Shown one piece after another: positions 29,298-39,632 of a stretch of 64,000 nt of DNA (the first letter of the stretch is position 1; the number at the start of each line of letters is the position of its first letter). The translations under genes and the position numbers were made by a program. The notes under the pieces were generated by a model. The model saw nothing but the letters and a program-made list of their open reading frames with translations, was not told the DNA's origin and made no database searches. This stretch comes from a virus: the IMG/VR virus record IMGVR_UViG_3300043399_000587, positions 32,001 to 96,000 of that record; one strand, written 5' to 3'.

Positions 29298-30220
29298 AGA
29301 ACACACTTTGGGTTGAATCGTACCGTCCGAAAACAATAGATGAATATGTTTTCGTGGATGAACGTCAAAAGCAACAAGTCCAACAATGGATTCGTGATGA
29401 AAGTATCCCGCATCTATTACTCAGTGGTGACCCGGGTACGGGAAAAACAACTTTGGCTAAAGTTCTTATCAATGAACTTAAAGTTGAAGATTACGATGTA
29501 CTTGAAATTAATGCGTCACGTGAAAACGGCATTGATAATTTGCGTGAAAAAATCAATGGATTCGTGCAAACTATGCCGTTTGGGCAATTCAAGATTGTAT
29601 TGTTGGACGAGGCTGATTATCTAACTCAACCTGCACAAGCAGCATTGCGTAATGATATGGAAGCATATCATCAGACAGTTAGGTACATTCTTACTTGTAA
29701 TTATCAATACAAGATTATCCCTGCACTTAAGAGTCGTTGTCATGAATTCCATATCAGTAAAACAGATATGACAGAATTTACAGCACGTGCAGCTACAGTA
29801 TTGGTAAGTGAGAATGTAGAGTTTGATTTAGATACATTGGATACATATGTTCGTGGAACATATCCCGATTTACGTAAATGTTTGAACCAACTACAAGTAA
29901 ACAGTAATACTGGTAAACTATTGCCACCAAAAACGCAAGAATCAGGTGAGAATTCGTTCTTGCTAGATGCGACTGCATTATTCAAACAAGGTAAAATCCT
30001 AGAAGGTCGTCAGCAATTGATGCAATATCTGTCACTATATCCAACACGTATTGAAGAAGTGTATCGTTGGATGTATGACAATCTAGACCTTTGGGGTAAA
30101 GAACAAGAAAAGAAAGATGCAGCTATCATTACTATTAGAAATGGTTTAGCGAATCTACCATTGGTAGGTATTCCTGAAATCTGTTTGGCAGCAACATTGT
30201 GTGAACTCACTACACCTTAA
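29294..30220 (+). CDS. Clamp loader AAA+ subunit (T4 gp44/RFC-like)
   Basis: WVESYRP, GDPGTGKT, EINAS, LDEAD, SRC motifs. Confidence 0.92.
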   Translation: MKNTLWVESYRPKTIDEYVFVDERQKQQVQQWIRDESIPHLLLSGDPGTGKTTLAKVLINELKVEDYDVLEINASRENGIDNLREKINGFVQTMPFGQFKIVLLDEADYLTQPAQAALRNDMEAYHQTVRYILTCNYQYKIIPALKSRCHEFHISKTDMTEFTARAATVLVSENVEFDLDTLDTYVRGTYPDLRKCLNQLQVNSNTGKLLPPKTQESGENSFLLDATALFKQGKILEGRQQLMQYLSLYPTRIEEVYRWMYDNLDLWGKEQEKKDAAIITIRNGLANLPLVGIPEICLAATLCELTTP

Positions 30221-30230
30221 CTGCTACTTT

Positions 30231-30356
30231 TCAGTGGAAACTATGTCCATACTAGAAAATTTACAAATAATGCCTTGGAAAGACAACTTGCACAAGTCCA
30301 ATAAACATTCAGAAAATGAAGAAATATTAAACATGTTACTAGAAGGAAATAAATAA
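30231..30356 (+). pseudogene. Probable remnant (C-terminus) of an HNH homing endonuclease
   Basis: Translates SVETMSILENLQIMPWKDNLHKSNK..., like the NLQ.xPW.xN..K end of HNH nucleases; no upstream His-Asp half. Confidence 0.45.
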
Positions 30357-30360
30357 ACGC

Positions 30361-30612
30361 ATGAGATATTTATTAATAACTTTTTTAAGAAAGCCTGGCG
30401 GGCAGATTGATGAGCAAGTGCAAGTATCTAAACGTGTCAGAGCTAGTGACAATCAAATGTGTAATGTCATTTTAGATTTTGCAAACAAAAAAGTAGAAAA
30501 GTGTGTTATTGAGGGTAAAGTAGTAGAAACTGATTTTTATCGAATGGTAGAATATTACAAAAAGATTTATCCTAACTTGGTAGCACAGTTAGAACAAGAA
30601 AACAACAAATAA
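30361..30612 (+). CDS. Hypothetical protein
   Basis: ATG 5 nt after TAAATA. Confidence 0.65.
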   Translation: MRYLLITFLRKPGGQIDEQVQVSKRVRASDNQMCNVILDFANKKVEKCVIEGKVVETDFYRMVEYYKKIYPNLVAQLEQENNK

Positions 30613-30633
30613 ATGGGGCTTAAGCCCCATTTA
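30610..30633. terminator. Bidirectional terminator between convergent genes
   Basis: TAAATGGGGCTTAAGCCCCATTTA palindrome. Confidence 0.75.
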
Positions 30634-31416
30634 TTAGCCATACAATTTTAGTATGTGTTCAATGATCTTATGTCTTTGGACATCTTTTACCTCAAATTTG
30701 CATAGGCTTAGCCCCGGAACTTGATAATGATTTAATTTCTCTATAAGATCCATTAAACCGTTTTGTGCAGTTTTTCTATCTGTTTGTTCGATATCCCCTG
30801 TAATAATTAATTTACTACCCTCACCTATCCTAGTCATGATCATTTTTAGTTGACTTGGGGTGCAGTTTTGTGACTCATCAAGAATAATCCAGCTATGCTT
30901 GAAATTCCTTCCTCGGCAAAATGCTAGGGGTGCAATTTCAATAATTTGTTCTTCTAGCATTGTTTGTATTTCTTTAACTGAGTAATATTCTTTGAGTACA
31001 TCTAATAATGGACGAGTCCATGGTTCCATTTTGGCATTTAAATCGCCAGGTAAAAATCCATGCTTCTCATCATCGACACCCACTGCAGGTCTGGTCAAAA
31101 TAATCTGATTACATTCTCCTGTTCTTAGAGCCTTAATAGCGGCCTGCATAGCCAAATACGTTTTTCCCGTACCTGCAGGCCCTGAAACTACGACAATATC
31201 GGTTTCATCGTCTAGAAGGGAAATAATGTATTTTTCTTGGTTGATCGATTTAGGAATAAGTTCGATCGGCTTTCTCAATTTTTTCGGCTGTGCTTGGCTG
31301 AAATCTATTGTTTTCGACTGATTAATATAGAAGGTTTTCGCTTCATTTCTCGGGAACTCTGTATATCTAGATGAATTTTCTTTACTGCGTAATGCGCCGG
31401 TTTTACGTTTGCTCAA
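30634..31416 (-). CDS. phoH: PhoH-family ATPase
   Basis: GPAGTGKT, LTRPAV, GFLPG, RGRNF, DESQN, TRIG, GD..QTD; likely TTG start 31416 after AAGGAG. Confidence 0.92.
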   Translation of the reverse strand: MSKRKTGALRSKENSSRYTEFPRNEAKTFYINQSKTIDFSQAQPKKLRKPIELIPKSINQEKYIISLLDDETDIVVVSGPAGTGKTYLAMQAAIKALRTGECNQIILTRPAVGVDDEKHGFLPGDLNAKMEPWTRPLLDVLKEYYSVKEIQTMLEEQIIEIAPLAFCRGRNFKHSWIILDESQNCTPSQLKMIMTRIGEGSKLIITGDIEQTDRKTAQNGLMDLIEKLNHYQVPGLSLCKFEVKDVQRHKIIEHILKLYG

Positions 31417-31583
31417 GTTGTTCTCCTTTTCTAGAGCTATGAATGCTTTGCATTCAAAAATATTTAAACTACTTGTAGTGCAGGATACTAGCATACTTAA
31501 AACGCAACGATCATAGATAAATATTAGGCTATCCTCTAATTTTTTTGATTTCAACAAATAATCTCTTTAGTGATAAATACTAG

Positions 31584-32213
31584 ATGAAGAATAAAACCGC
31601 AGACAATTTTTTTGACGATATTGACTTTGTAAGTATTATAAGCAACGTCAAGGGTATCATGACCAGTGATGGTTCTATGTCTACATTATTGGATTTTGAG
31701 CGTGTGCTAGACGAAGCAGATTTATACGCTTTTAAGAATTGGATCTATGGGGAACTAGTTCAAGGTCCGGATTCAGGTAGATATTCAGTAACATGCACAT
31801 TCATGTGGCCATATAAATTAATGCCTGATCCTAGTGGTGTGAAACGTCTAGCATCAATTGGATGTAGCATATCTTTTGCTAAAGGTAAAATAAAAGTTCC
31901 CATTGAAGTTAAAAACTATGATGACTTTGTGCAAGGAACTAGATATCCTAAAGGTGTTGAGAAAAAAGTTTGGTTTGTACAGATTGAAGTGCCCAAGGCA
32001 TTAATGAACGAAATCAAAGAAGGTTCTATCGATTTAGCTGATCAAACTATCGACTTAGATGATATTGAAACAGCATACGAAGAAGATTTAGATAAAGAAA
32101 ATACTCAGCAATCTGAACAAGATAATCAACAAGGAGCAGGAATGGCTCCAATGGATATGAGTGCGGGTATGCCTGCACTGCCAGCAGCACCGGGGGCGGC
32201 ACCGCCGATGTAA
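31584..32213 (+). CDS. Hypothetical late protein
   Basis: LDFERVLDE..YAFKNW motif; late promoter. Confidence 0.7.
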   Translation: MKNKTADNFFDDIDFVSIISNVKGIMTSDGSMSTLLDFERVLDEADLYAFKNWIYGELVQGPDSGRYSVTCTFMWPYKLMPDPSGVKRLASIGCSISFAKGKIKVPIEVKNYDDFVQGTRYPKGVEKKVWFVQIEVPKALMNEIKEGSIDLADQTIDLDDIETAYEEDLDKENTQQSEQDNQQGAGMAPMDMSAGMPALPAAPGAAPPM

Positions 32214-32214
32214 T

Positions 32215-32754
32215 ATGAAAAAATTATACGAAGGTTTAGACTATCATGACATGGAGGGGCAAATAGAACCACGCGTGTCTGTTGACGAATATTCTGCTAA
32301 AATGGGGAAAGATAAAGATATTGTAACACTAGCTTTTATTGTGAAATCTAAAGAAGCAGGAAATGATTTAGAAGAATGGTTTGAAAAGGGATATGACTAT
32401 GTATTAGACGCTAGCTTAAGCGATGGAGAAGTAGTCTCTGGCAAATGGCTAGTATTCGTAGAATTAAGTCGCAGATCAACTGTACCAGAAAGAATTGTAG
32501 AACTTATAAATGACCTTAAAACTTTAACTAATTTAAAATTGTCAGAATGGACAGTTCAAGTGGAAGATGAAGATCATGAACCTGAAGAACAAATACTTAA
32601 ACAGGTTATCATATGCAATCCTAACGAATATAAAATGAAACGAGAACAAGAAGATGAACTAAACGAAATGCGCAGTATTGCTGGTTTAGAGGTTAAAAAT
32701 CTGTTTGAAAAGGACAAAGAGCTAAAAGATTTCATTAGCAAAGCGGGATTATAA
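32215..32754 (+). CDS. Hypothetical late protein
   Basis: Likely start ATG 32215 (MKKLYE); ends KAGL. Confidence 0.7.
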   Translation: MKKLYEGLDYHDMEGQIEPRVSVDEYSAKMGKDKDIVTLAFIVKSKEAGNDLEEWFEKGYDYVLDASLSDGEVVSGKWLVFVELSRRSTVPERIVELINDLKTLTNLKLSEWTVQVEDEDHEPEEQILKQVIICNPNEYKMKREQEDELNEMRSIAGLEVKNLFEKDKELKDFISKAGL

Positions 32755-32764
32755 GGGAGTAACA

Positions 32765-33367
32765 ATGGCTACAACAATATTACCTAAAAAAGCCGGACAA
32801 GAAAGGCCAATGGCAACAGATGACGAACAATACGCACAACTTGCAGAAGATCCAACAATACACCAGTTCCCGCAGGGAACTACGTATGAATCCTCACCAT
32901 TTAATGGGTCTGCAACATTTAGCCCACCTTCGTCAGGAAGATTCAATCCTACCGACAATTTTGATTCACCAGCATTTAACCAACAATCAACATCAAATTT
33001 TGGAAACACCACAAATACAAATCAATCAAATGGAACAATACCGGTATTAACTGGTGCCGCCCCCACTAATGCTGCTAGTGGTGCAGATATATTAGTAGGA
33101 CATGATAAAGACAGTAATGACTGGATAAACAAAAAGTGGCGCCCGGCAATGGGTTGGAGTTACATGCTTACGTGTATTACTGATTTTGTCATTTTTCCAA
33201 TATTGTGGTCTGTATTACAAGCAGTTAGTAAAGGGCAAGTTACAAGTCAATGGCAACCATTGACTTTGCAGGGAGCAGGATTATATCACATTGCTATGGG
33301 TGCTGTATTAGGTATCGCTGCATATGGTAGAACTAAGGAAAAAATAGAGTCGGCAACCAAGAATTAA
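32765..33367 (+). CDS. Holin-like membrane protein (3TM/GTA-holin-like C-terminus)
   Basis: WRPAMGW.Y..., hydrophobic helices, LG..AYGRT.EK ending. Confidence 0.6.
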   Translation: MATTILPKKAGQERPMATDDEQYAQLAEDPTIHQFPQGTTYESSPFNGSATFSPPSSGRFNPTDNFDSPAFNQQSTSNFGNTTNTNQSNGTIPVLTGAAPTNAASGADILVGHDKDSNDWINKKWRPAMGWSYMLTCITDFVIFPILWSVLQAVSKGQVTSQWQPLTLQGAGLYHIAMGAVLGIAAYGRTKEKIESATKN

Positions 33368-33370
33368 ATA

Positions 33371-33399
33371 TTGACATGAGCACATAGTTGTGCTAATAT
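33371..33399 (+). promoter_or_regulatory. Sigma70-type promoter
   Basis: TTGACA-17 nt-TAATAT; ATG at 33406. Confidence 0.7.
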
Positions 33400-33405
33400 C
33401 AATAT

Positions 33406-34206
33406 ATGGACCACTATACAACGTTGGGCGTAGCTAAAAACGCTACACCCGATGAAATCAAAAAAGCATATAGAAAATTAGCAAGTAAGCACCACCCAGA
33501 CAAGGGTGGTGATACTTCCATGTTCCAAAAAATAGAAGAAGCATATCGCATTTTAAGTGATCCAGAAAAAAAAGCCCATTATGACAACCCAAATTCACAT
33601 GGGTTGCCGCCCAATTTCGGTGACATGTTTACTGGAGAGTTTGATGCTAGAGATATATTTTCTCATATCTTTTCTCAGCGCAGTGGTAACCCATTTCAAA
33701 ATAAATCTAGTAGACAAATTTTTAGGACACAAATGTCTGTGTCTTTAGAAGATGTATACAACGGAGCTACGCATGTTCTAAAATTACAAACTCCAATGGG
33801 TTTGAAGATGATGAATATTGATATTCCTAAAGGTTTGCCCGATGGATCACACTTGCGTTTCGACAATGTGTTAGATAATAATACTTCCTTAATTGTTGAA
33901 TTTAAAGTGATGCCAAACCTTAGATTTGAACGCAGAGGAAATGATTTATATTGCAATCAAAAGATATCTGTGTTGGATCTTATAGTAGGCACTAAGATTA
34001 ATTTTCAAACGATATCGGGAAAAACATTTGAAGTTTCTGTTCCACCTAAAACACAACCGTATATACAGCTAAAAATTACTGGGCAAGGAATGCCAATACC
34101 TAATTCTAATCTATACGGAGACCAAATACTTTTACTTAAACCGTTCATGCCTGATACAATAGCAAACGAAATAACTGAAAGTATTTTGCGTTCCAGAACT
34201 AATTAA
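33406..34206 (+). CDS. dnaJ: DnaJ/CbpA-type co-chaperone (no Zn finger)
   Basis: J-domain with HPD (KHHPDKGG) plus DnaJ C-terminal domain. Confidence 0.88.
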   Translation: MDHYTTLGVAKNATPDEIKKAYRKLASKHHPDKGGDTSMFQKIEEAYRILSDPEKKAHYDNPNSHGLPPNFGDMFTGEFDARDIFSHIFSQRSGNPFQNKSSRQIFRTQMSVSLEDVYNGATHVLKLQTPMGLKMMNIDIPKGLPDGSHLRFDNVLDNNTSLIVEFKVMPNLRFERRGNDLYCNQKISVLDLIVGTKINFQTISGKTFEVSVPPKTQPYIQLKITGQGMPIPNSNLYGDQILLLKPFMPDTIANEITESILRSRTN

Positions 34207-34226
34207 ATACCTAAAAGGAAATATAA

Positions 34227-36491
34227 GTGACTAATTCACCGGAAATTGAAAGCATCATTGAACAAGCTATTGCAGAGGCAAGGCAAAGAAAACATCAGTA
34301 CTGTACAGTAGAACATTTGCTACTGGCACTTATCAATCATAAACCTTTTAAGAAGTGTTTAGTAAGTTTTGGAGCTGATGTTTCTACCTTCATTGATGAA
34401 GTTGCAGCGTACTTAAATGGGCTTCACGCAATTGAAAGTAAAGATCCCGAAGCTATACCGCGCAAAACTAATTCACTAGAACGTGTAATGAATCGCAGCA
34501 TTACGCAAGTACTGTTTACCGGTCGCAGGCAAGTAACTACGATTGATTTGTATCTTAGTATTGCTGCTGAGGGCAACAGCCATGCACATTACTTTTTACT
34601 TAAGTATGGAATACACAAAACTGAATTCGTTCAGCATTGGCAAAAAAATTATAAAGGTCAAGAATATACAGGTACTCTAACTGAAAACCAAGCAGATGAT
34701 ATTCTTGAAGAATTTACAACCAATCTTACTAAACTAGCAGAGAATAATAAATTAGAACCTGTAATTGGGCGTAGTAAAGAACTAGAAGATATAATTAACA
34801 TACTTGCTAAACGATTCAAATCAAACGTACTGATGGTGGGTGACCCGGGTGTTGGTAAAACTGCCATTGTAGAAGGTCTAGCACAAGCTATTAACAATGG
34901 AGAAGTACCTGAATTTCTAAATGGCTATCAATTATTTTCATTAGAAATTGGTAGCTTACTTGCGGGTAGTAAATACCGTGGCGATTTTGAAGAAAAGGTC
35001 AAGGCAGTATTAGAAGCATTGAATACAAAAAAGAAAGCAATATTATTTATTGATGAAGCGCACACCATGCAAGGTGCAGGTGGTTCTACCAATGGAAGTG
35101 TTGATTTTGCTAATATGATTAAACCCGCGATTACTAAGGGTACACTCAAGGTTATTGCCAGCACTACTTGGGAAGAGTTTTATGAAAGTTTTGAAAAGGA
35201 TCGTGCATTGATGCGTCGATTCTATCGTATTGGTATTGATGAACCTAGTCATGATTCTACTATTCGTATTCTAAGTGGACTAGCTGCACGATTGAATGAA
35301 TTTCATGAAGTCAATATTACGGATGAAGCAATTAAGGCTGCAGTAGAAAGTTCTAATAGATACATTCATGATAGGAAAAATCCTGATAAGAGTATTGATT
35401 TGTTGGACGCAGCATGTGCAAAGCAACGTGTTGCAATGAATAAAGATGCTATCATTACTAAAGAACTTATCTATGAACAAGTTGAAAAATATACCGGTGT
35501 TCCTGCTGACAAGTTGAAGGGTGATAACTTAGAACGAATCAGTACACTTGATGTTAATATCAATGGTAAATTATATGGTCAAGATGAAACTGTACAGCAA
35601 GTGTTAGACCGAGTGTATGTTAGCTTTGCTGGAATCGGGAATGAAACTAAGCCAATGGCTAGCTTCTTGTTCTTGGGCCCCACAGGTACAGGTAAAACAG
35701 AATTGGCTAAGTTGTTAAGTAAGAATCTCGACATGCCACTGCTCAAGTATGATATGAGTGAATATAGTGAAAAACACAGCGTATCAAGCTTGATCGGCCC
35801 GCCCCCTGGTTATGTAGGATTCGGTGATAGCCAAGTTCAGGGTGGTCGCTTGATTAGTGACTTGAGTAAGAACCCTCATAGTATCATGTTGTTCGATGAA
35901 GTTGAAAAGGCCCATCCTGATATCTTCAACATCTTTTTACAAATGCTTGACGAGGGAACTATCACTGGTAGTAATGGTAAAAAAGTTAACTGTAAGAACA
36001 CTATCATTATCATGACTAGCAATTTGGGTAGTAGTGATAGTGAAAAAAATAATATTGGATTCGGTGCTCAAGAAAAGACCGGAGAAGATGACAAGGCATT
36101 AAAAGAATTTTTCAAACCAGAGTTTAGAAACCGACTAGATTTAGTTTGTAAGTTCAATAAACTCGACATGCTTTCTATTAAAAAGATTGTTATCAAGTTT
36201 ACAGAAGACCTCAAGAAATCATTATTGGATAAGCATAATATTACATTAACATTATCCGAACCAGTAATCGAATACTTAGCAGAAAAGGGTTATGATAACA
36301 AAATGGGCGCAAGGCCATTGTCTAGGAAAATAGATGAATTGATTAGGGTTCCATTAAGCAAACGTATCCTTTTTGAGCAAATCAAGAATGCCAATATTCT
36401 TGCAACTCTCAACGAAAATATGATAGAATTTGTCGTTACAAACAAGGTATCTGCAAAGGTAAACCAAAATGGGATTATTGAAGTCAGTTGA
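34227..36491 (+). CDS. clpA: ATP-dependent Clp protease ATPase subunit ClpA-like
   Basis: Clp-N (EHLLLAL); two AAA modules GDPGVGKT and GPTGTGKT; IGF loop; GARP. Confidence 0.9.
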   Translation: MTNSPEIESIIEQAIAEARQRKHQYCTVEHLLLALINHKPFKKCLVSFGADVSTFIDEVAAYLNGLHAIESKDPEAIPRKTNSLERVMNRSITQVLFTGRRQVTTIDLYLSIAAEGNSHAHYFLLKYGIHKTEFVQHWQKNYKGQEYTGTLTENQADDILEEFTTNLTKLAENNKLEPVIGRSKELEDIINILAKRFKSNVLMVGDPGVGKTAIVEGLAQAINNGEVPEFLNGYQLFSLEIGSLLAGSKYRGDFEEKVKAVLEALNTKKKAILFIDEAHTMQGAGGSTNGSVDFANMIKPAITKGTLKVIASTTWEEFYESFEKDRALMRRFYRIGIDEPSHDSTIRILSGLAARLNEFHEVNITDEAIKAAVESSNRYIHDRKNPDKSIDLLDAACAKQRVAMNKDAIITKELIYEQVEKYTGVPADKLKGDNLERISTLDVNINGKLYGQDETVQQVLDRVYVSFAGIGNETKPMASFLFLGPTGTGKTELAKLLSKNLDMPLLKYDMSEYSEKHSVSSLIGPPPGYVGFGDSQVQGGRLISDLSKNPHSIMLFDEVEKAHPDIFNIFLQMLDEGTITGSNGKKVNCKNTIIIMTSNLGSSDSEKNNIGFGAQEKTGEDDKALKEFFKPEFRNRLDLVCKFNKLDMLSIKKIVIKFTEDLKKSLLDKHNITLTLSEPVIEYLAEKGYDNKMGARPLSRKIDELIRVPLSKRILFEQIKNANILATLNENMIEFVVTNKVSAKVNQNGIIEVS

Positions 36492-37206
36492 CAACGTGCC
36501 TGGAATCAATTATATTGAATTCCGCGAAAGAAATTATTGGGATAAATTCAAGTATCGAGCTAGACTAACAGTGCCCGGTGCAAGATATACCCATAACTTG
36601 AAGTCGGTTGATGATTGGTTAAAACGTGCTAAAAATTTTAGACACATTAGACACGAAATGTTGGATTCTAAGACTATATTAGAAAATACACCGATCATTG
36701 AAAAGTTCTTGAAATTTAAACGTAAAGTTAAGGCTTCCAAAGAAATAATTGTGCGAGTAGAGGGCGATGTAATTGCAATCTTCTCAAATGATTTATCCGA
36801 GTTGCACAACTTGCAATCTTGGGGAAACATAGACATTGATTTTACCGAAATACAAATTACCAAAACACAAATTTCGCCATCTGGACATTTTGCAGGTGTC
36901 AAATACTTTGTACGTAAACCTAAAAGGCAATATAGGGTTTATCTAACGTCTAAACGTGTAGATGTTAAGGTTATGGAAGAACTTGTTGATCTGTTTAAGA
37001 GGTCTAAGCAATTTTATCCTAGTCCAGGTTTAACTTCTTGGTTGGAATTTAGACATAAATCTACTGTTTATAGAGGTAGGTATTGTAGCTCAGCTTATTT
37101 TATTGAGTATGACGAGGAATCGTATATTACATTACTGGCATTAACACACGGAGAATTGCTTGGTCGTAGATTCAAACTTGAAAAACGACCAGATACTACT
37201 GAATAA
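36469..37206 (+). CDS. Hypothetical protein
   Basis: 245-aa ORF overlapping clpA end. Confidence 0.65.
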   Translation: MGLLKSVDNVPGINYIEFRERNYWDKFKYRARLTVPGARYTHNLKSVDDWLKRAKNFRHIRHEMLDSKTILENTPIIEKFLKFKRKVKASKEIIVRVEGDVIAIFSNDLSELHNLQSWGNIDIDFTEIQITKTQISPSGHFAGVKYFVRKPKRQYRVYLTSKRVDVKVMEELVDLFKRSKQFYPSPGLTSWLEFRHKSTVYRGRYCSSAYFIEYDEESYITLLALTHGELLGRRFKLEKRPDTTE

Positions 37207-37236
37207 AGATAAATACTCTATTAATGGAGTATTTTC

Positions 37237-37407
37237 ATGGCAAAAATTGTCGAAGATGTATTAGTAGTAAAATTTAGCAAGATAGTTAAGGATAGTGAGA
37301 GCGAGAAACAAGTCCTCGCTAGTCACGAAATTCAACAAGCGCTGGAACAAGTAGCCCAAGAATTAGTGGGTGAAAGTGTGATAGTAGAGGTTATGGGGGC
37401 AGAATAA
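37237..37407 (+). CDS. Small hypothetical late protein (56 aa, MAKIVEDVLVVKFSK...)
   Basis: Not in ORF track; late promoter, GGAG RBS, TAATG overlap with next gene. Confidence 0.7.
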   Translation: MAKIVEDVLVVKFSKIVKDSESEKQVLASHEIQQALEQVAQELVGESVIVEVMGAE

Positions 37408-37793
37408 TGTCTCAAACCACAACACTAATAATGTTGCCACAAACTACCTATCTTAATCCAGGCAACTCAGCACCTTATACAGTAACAGGTAATAGTCAAC
37501 CTGCTGCCGCCTATTATTTAGGTAATCAAGATTTACAAACAGTCAACATTAAAGTTACAAATTGCACTGGTAATATTGTGTTGGAAGCTAGTTTAGCTAC
37601 TAATCCTACATCAAATGATTGGTTTAAAGTCTATCAATTAGAAGCAAACGCAAACGCAGTAGCCAACACCGCGCCCCAAATAGCTAGTAATGCTAGTGTT
37701 TACACTAATGTACAAGGTAATTTTGTTTTCATGCGAGCTAAGGTAGAAAATTTCCAAGGTGGCACTGTTCAGTTTGTTAAGTTAAGTTATTGA
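37407..37793 (+). CDS. Hypothetical beta-rich (structural?) protein
   Basis: ORF in late operon. Confidence 0.65.
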   Translation: MSQTTTLIMLPQTTYLNPGNSAPYTVTGNSQPAAAYYLGNQDLQTVNIKVTNCTGNIVLEASLATNPTSNDWFKVYQLEANANAVANTAPQIASNASVYTNVQGNFVFMRAKVENFQGGTVQFVKLSY

Positions 37794-37851
37794 GTTGTAG
37801 TTTTATCGGACCTCAACTGACACTTGCCTGTCACCGTGACTAAATAATTAT

Positions 37852-38709
37852 ATGAGTAAAACAATTGTAATACAACCGGGCGGCTATCACCCATTTCATG
37901 CAGGTCATTATGCATTATACAAGTCTGCATTAGAAGCCTTTCCCAATGCCGATGTTTATGTAGCTGCAACTAATGATCAAAAAGCTAGACCGTTTCCATT
38001 TAGTATTAAAGAAAAATTAGCTAAACTAGCAGGTGTGGCACCTGGTCGTTTTATTCAAGTTAAGAGTCCTTTTAAAGCGGAAGAAATCACTAGTCAATAC
38101 AATCCAAATGAAGATGTATTGATATTTGTACGTAGCGAAAAAGATCGCAACGAACAACCAAAGCCAGGTGGAATAAAGAAAGACGGCAGCCCGGCATATT
38201 TTCAGCCATGGACAGGTAAAAATTTAAAACCATTTAGTCAACACGCATATATTTATTATCTACCTACAGTAGAATTTGGTCCTGGTATTAAGAGTGCTAC
38301 TGAAATTCGTAATGCATGGCCTAATTTAGACGATAGACAAAAAACCGCAATGGTTATGAGTCTTTATCCAAAGACTCAAAAGAATCCTACACTTGCAAAA
38401 AACGTTGTTGAGTTGTTGAATGTCGGTATGAGTGGTGAACTAGCTGAGTCTATGAACAGCCAAGATCAGGTCAATTTCATAGACCAAGAAACAGAAAAAA
38501 TTCTTAAGTATGCTAAGGCACACTACCCACAGTCTGCATCAAAACAACAAGCGTTCGTCATGTATGTATTACGTGCATTAAAACATAGCGAAGAAGATGA
38601 TGACGATCAGGACAAAAAAATCAATAATCTTCAACGGGCTGTTAAAGATTTAGAAGCTAAAGTAAATTCACCATTGCATGAAAATAAAGACTATTTAGAT
38701 GAAGTATAA
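37852..38709 (+). CDS. HxGH nucleotidyltransferase (cytidylyltransferase-like) with C-terminal extension
   Basis: PGGYHPFHAGH and SATEIR motifs. Confidence 0.75.
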   Translation: MSKTIVIQPGGYHPFHAGHYALYKSALEAFPNADVYVAATNDQKARPFPFSIKEKLAKLAGVAPGRFIQVKSPFKAEEITSQYNPNEDVLIFVRSEKDRNEQPKPGGIKKDGSPAYFQPWTGKNLKPFSQHAYIYYLPTVEFGPGIKSATEIRNAWPNLDDRQKTAMVMSLYPKTQKNPTLAKNVVELLNVGMSGELAESMNSQDQVNFIDQETEKILKYAKAHYPQSASKQQAFVMYVLRALKHSEEDDDDQDKKINNLQRAVKDLEAKVNSPLHENKDYLDEV

Positions 38710-38762
38710 TTTTTTGGTAACAAAAATATCATCTAAATAATTTTAACTTTATTGAGGAATGC

Positions 38763-39629
38763 ATGTCAGAAGATAACCAAGAAAAAACTGTTCCAGTGGA
38801 ACAATTACAAGAGATTGCTGAACAACAGCAACAACAAGCACAACCTGGCCAGGTGCAAGTAAATGTAGATTTTCTAAGAACCACACGTGTTCACATAGCA
38901 ATGCCCTGTTATGGTGGTATGCTAACTGAATCTACCTTTATGAGTTTTATCAAATGGGCTAATACAGCAAGACAACTAGGTATCGATTGGACGTTGGAAA
39001 CAATGGTCAACGAAAGCTTGATTAGTAGGGCACGCAATACATTAACAGCTAAGTTTTTAGATATGCCCGATGCTACTCATTTGTTCTTTGTCGATGCTGA
39101 TATTGGTTGGGAACCATGGCATTTATTGGTACTTATAAACCGTGATGTTGATGTTATCGGTGGACTTTATCCCATGAAGACTATGCCTATTAAGTGGGTT
39201 GTTAACGGATTTGAAGGGGCAGAAGAAGGACCTGATGGATTACAAGAAGTAAGCAAAGCCGGTACAGGATTTTTGCTAATGAAAAAACATGTCTTTCACA
39301 AATTGAACAGTCACCCTGCCGTGAAGCAGTATAAAAATGACATAGGACTTGATCCTAAATTTGACCAGTATTTGAAAACATATTTTGACACTGCAGTACG
39401 TCAAAATCGTTATTATTCAGAAGATTGGACCTTCTGTGAGAACTGGCGTGATCTAGGAGGAAAAATTTATGTTGATAAACGTGTTCTACTACGTCACTCG
39501 GGAAGCTATGTATTCTGTATGGAGAATCAACAACATCTATTCAATACAATAGGACCCATGTACGTACAAGAAAGACGCAATCAAGGTTGCAAACTTCTTG
39601 ACAAAGATGGCAACGAAGTAGCACAATAA
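38763..39629 (+). CDS. Glycosyltransferase-like protein (GT-A fold)
   Basis: IAMPCYGG, ESLISRARN, FFVDADI (DxD), GTGFLL, SEDW.FC. Confidence 0.75.
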   Translation: MSEDNQEKTVPVEQLQEIAEQQQQQAQPGQVQVNVDFLRTTRVHIAMPCYGGMLTESTFMSFIKWANTARQLGIDWTLETMVNESLISRARNTLTAKFLDMPDATHLFFVDADIGWEPWHLLVLINRDVDVIGGLYPMKTMPIKWVVNGFEGAEEGPDGLQEVSKAGTGFLLMKKHVFHKLNSHPAVKQYKNDIGLDPKFDQYLKTYFDTAVRQNRYYSEDWTFCENWRDLGGKIYVDKRVLLRHSGSYVFCMENQQHLFNTIGPMYVQERRNQGCKLLDKDGNEVAQ

Positions 39630-39632
39630 ATC

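Noticed and set aside
38030-38042. AGGTGTGGCA (and caaggtgtgtatgaa at 17880) as further copies of the cassette repeat
   Set aside because: 38030 lacks the GAA/Glu half and lies inside a catalytic domain; 17880 lacks the NCG codon; treated as chance or degenerate
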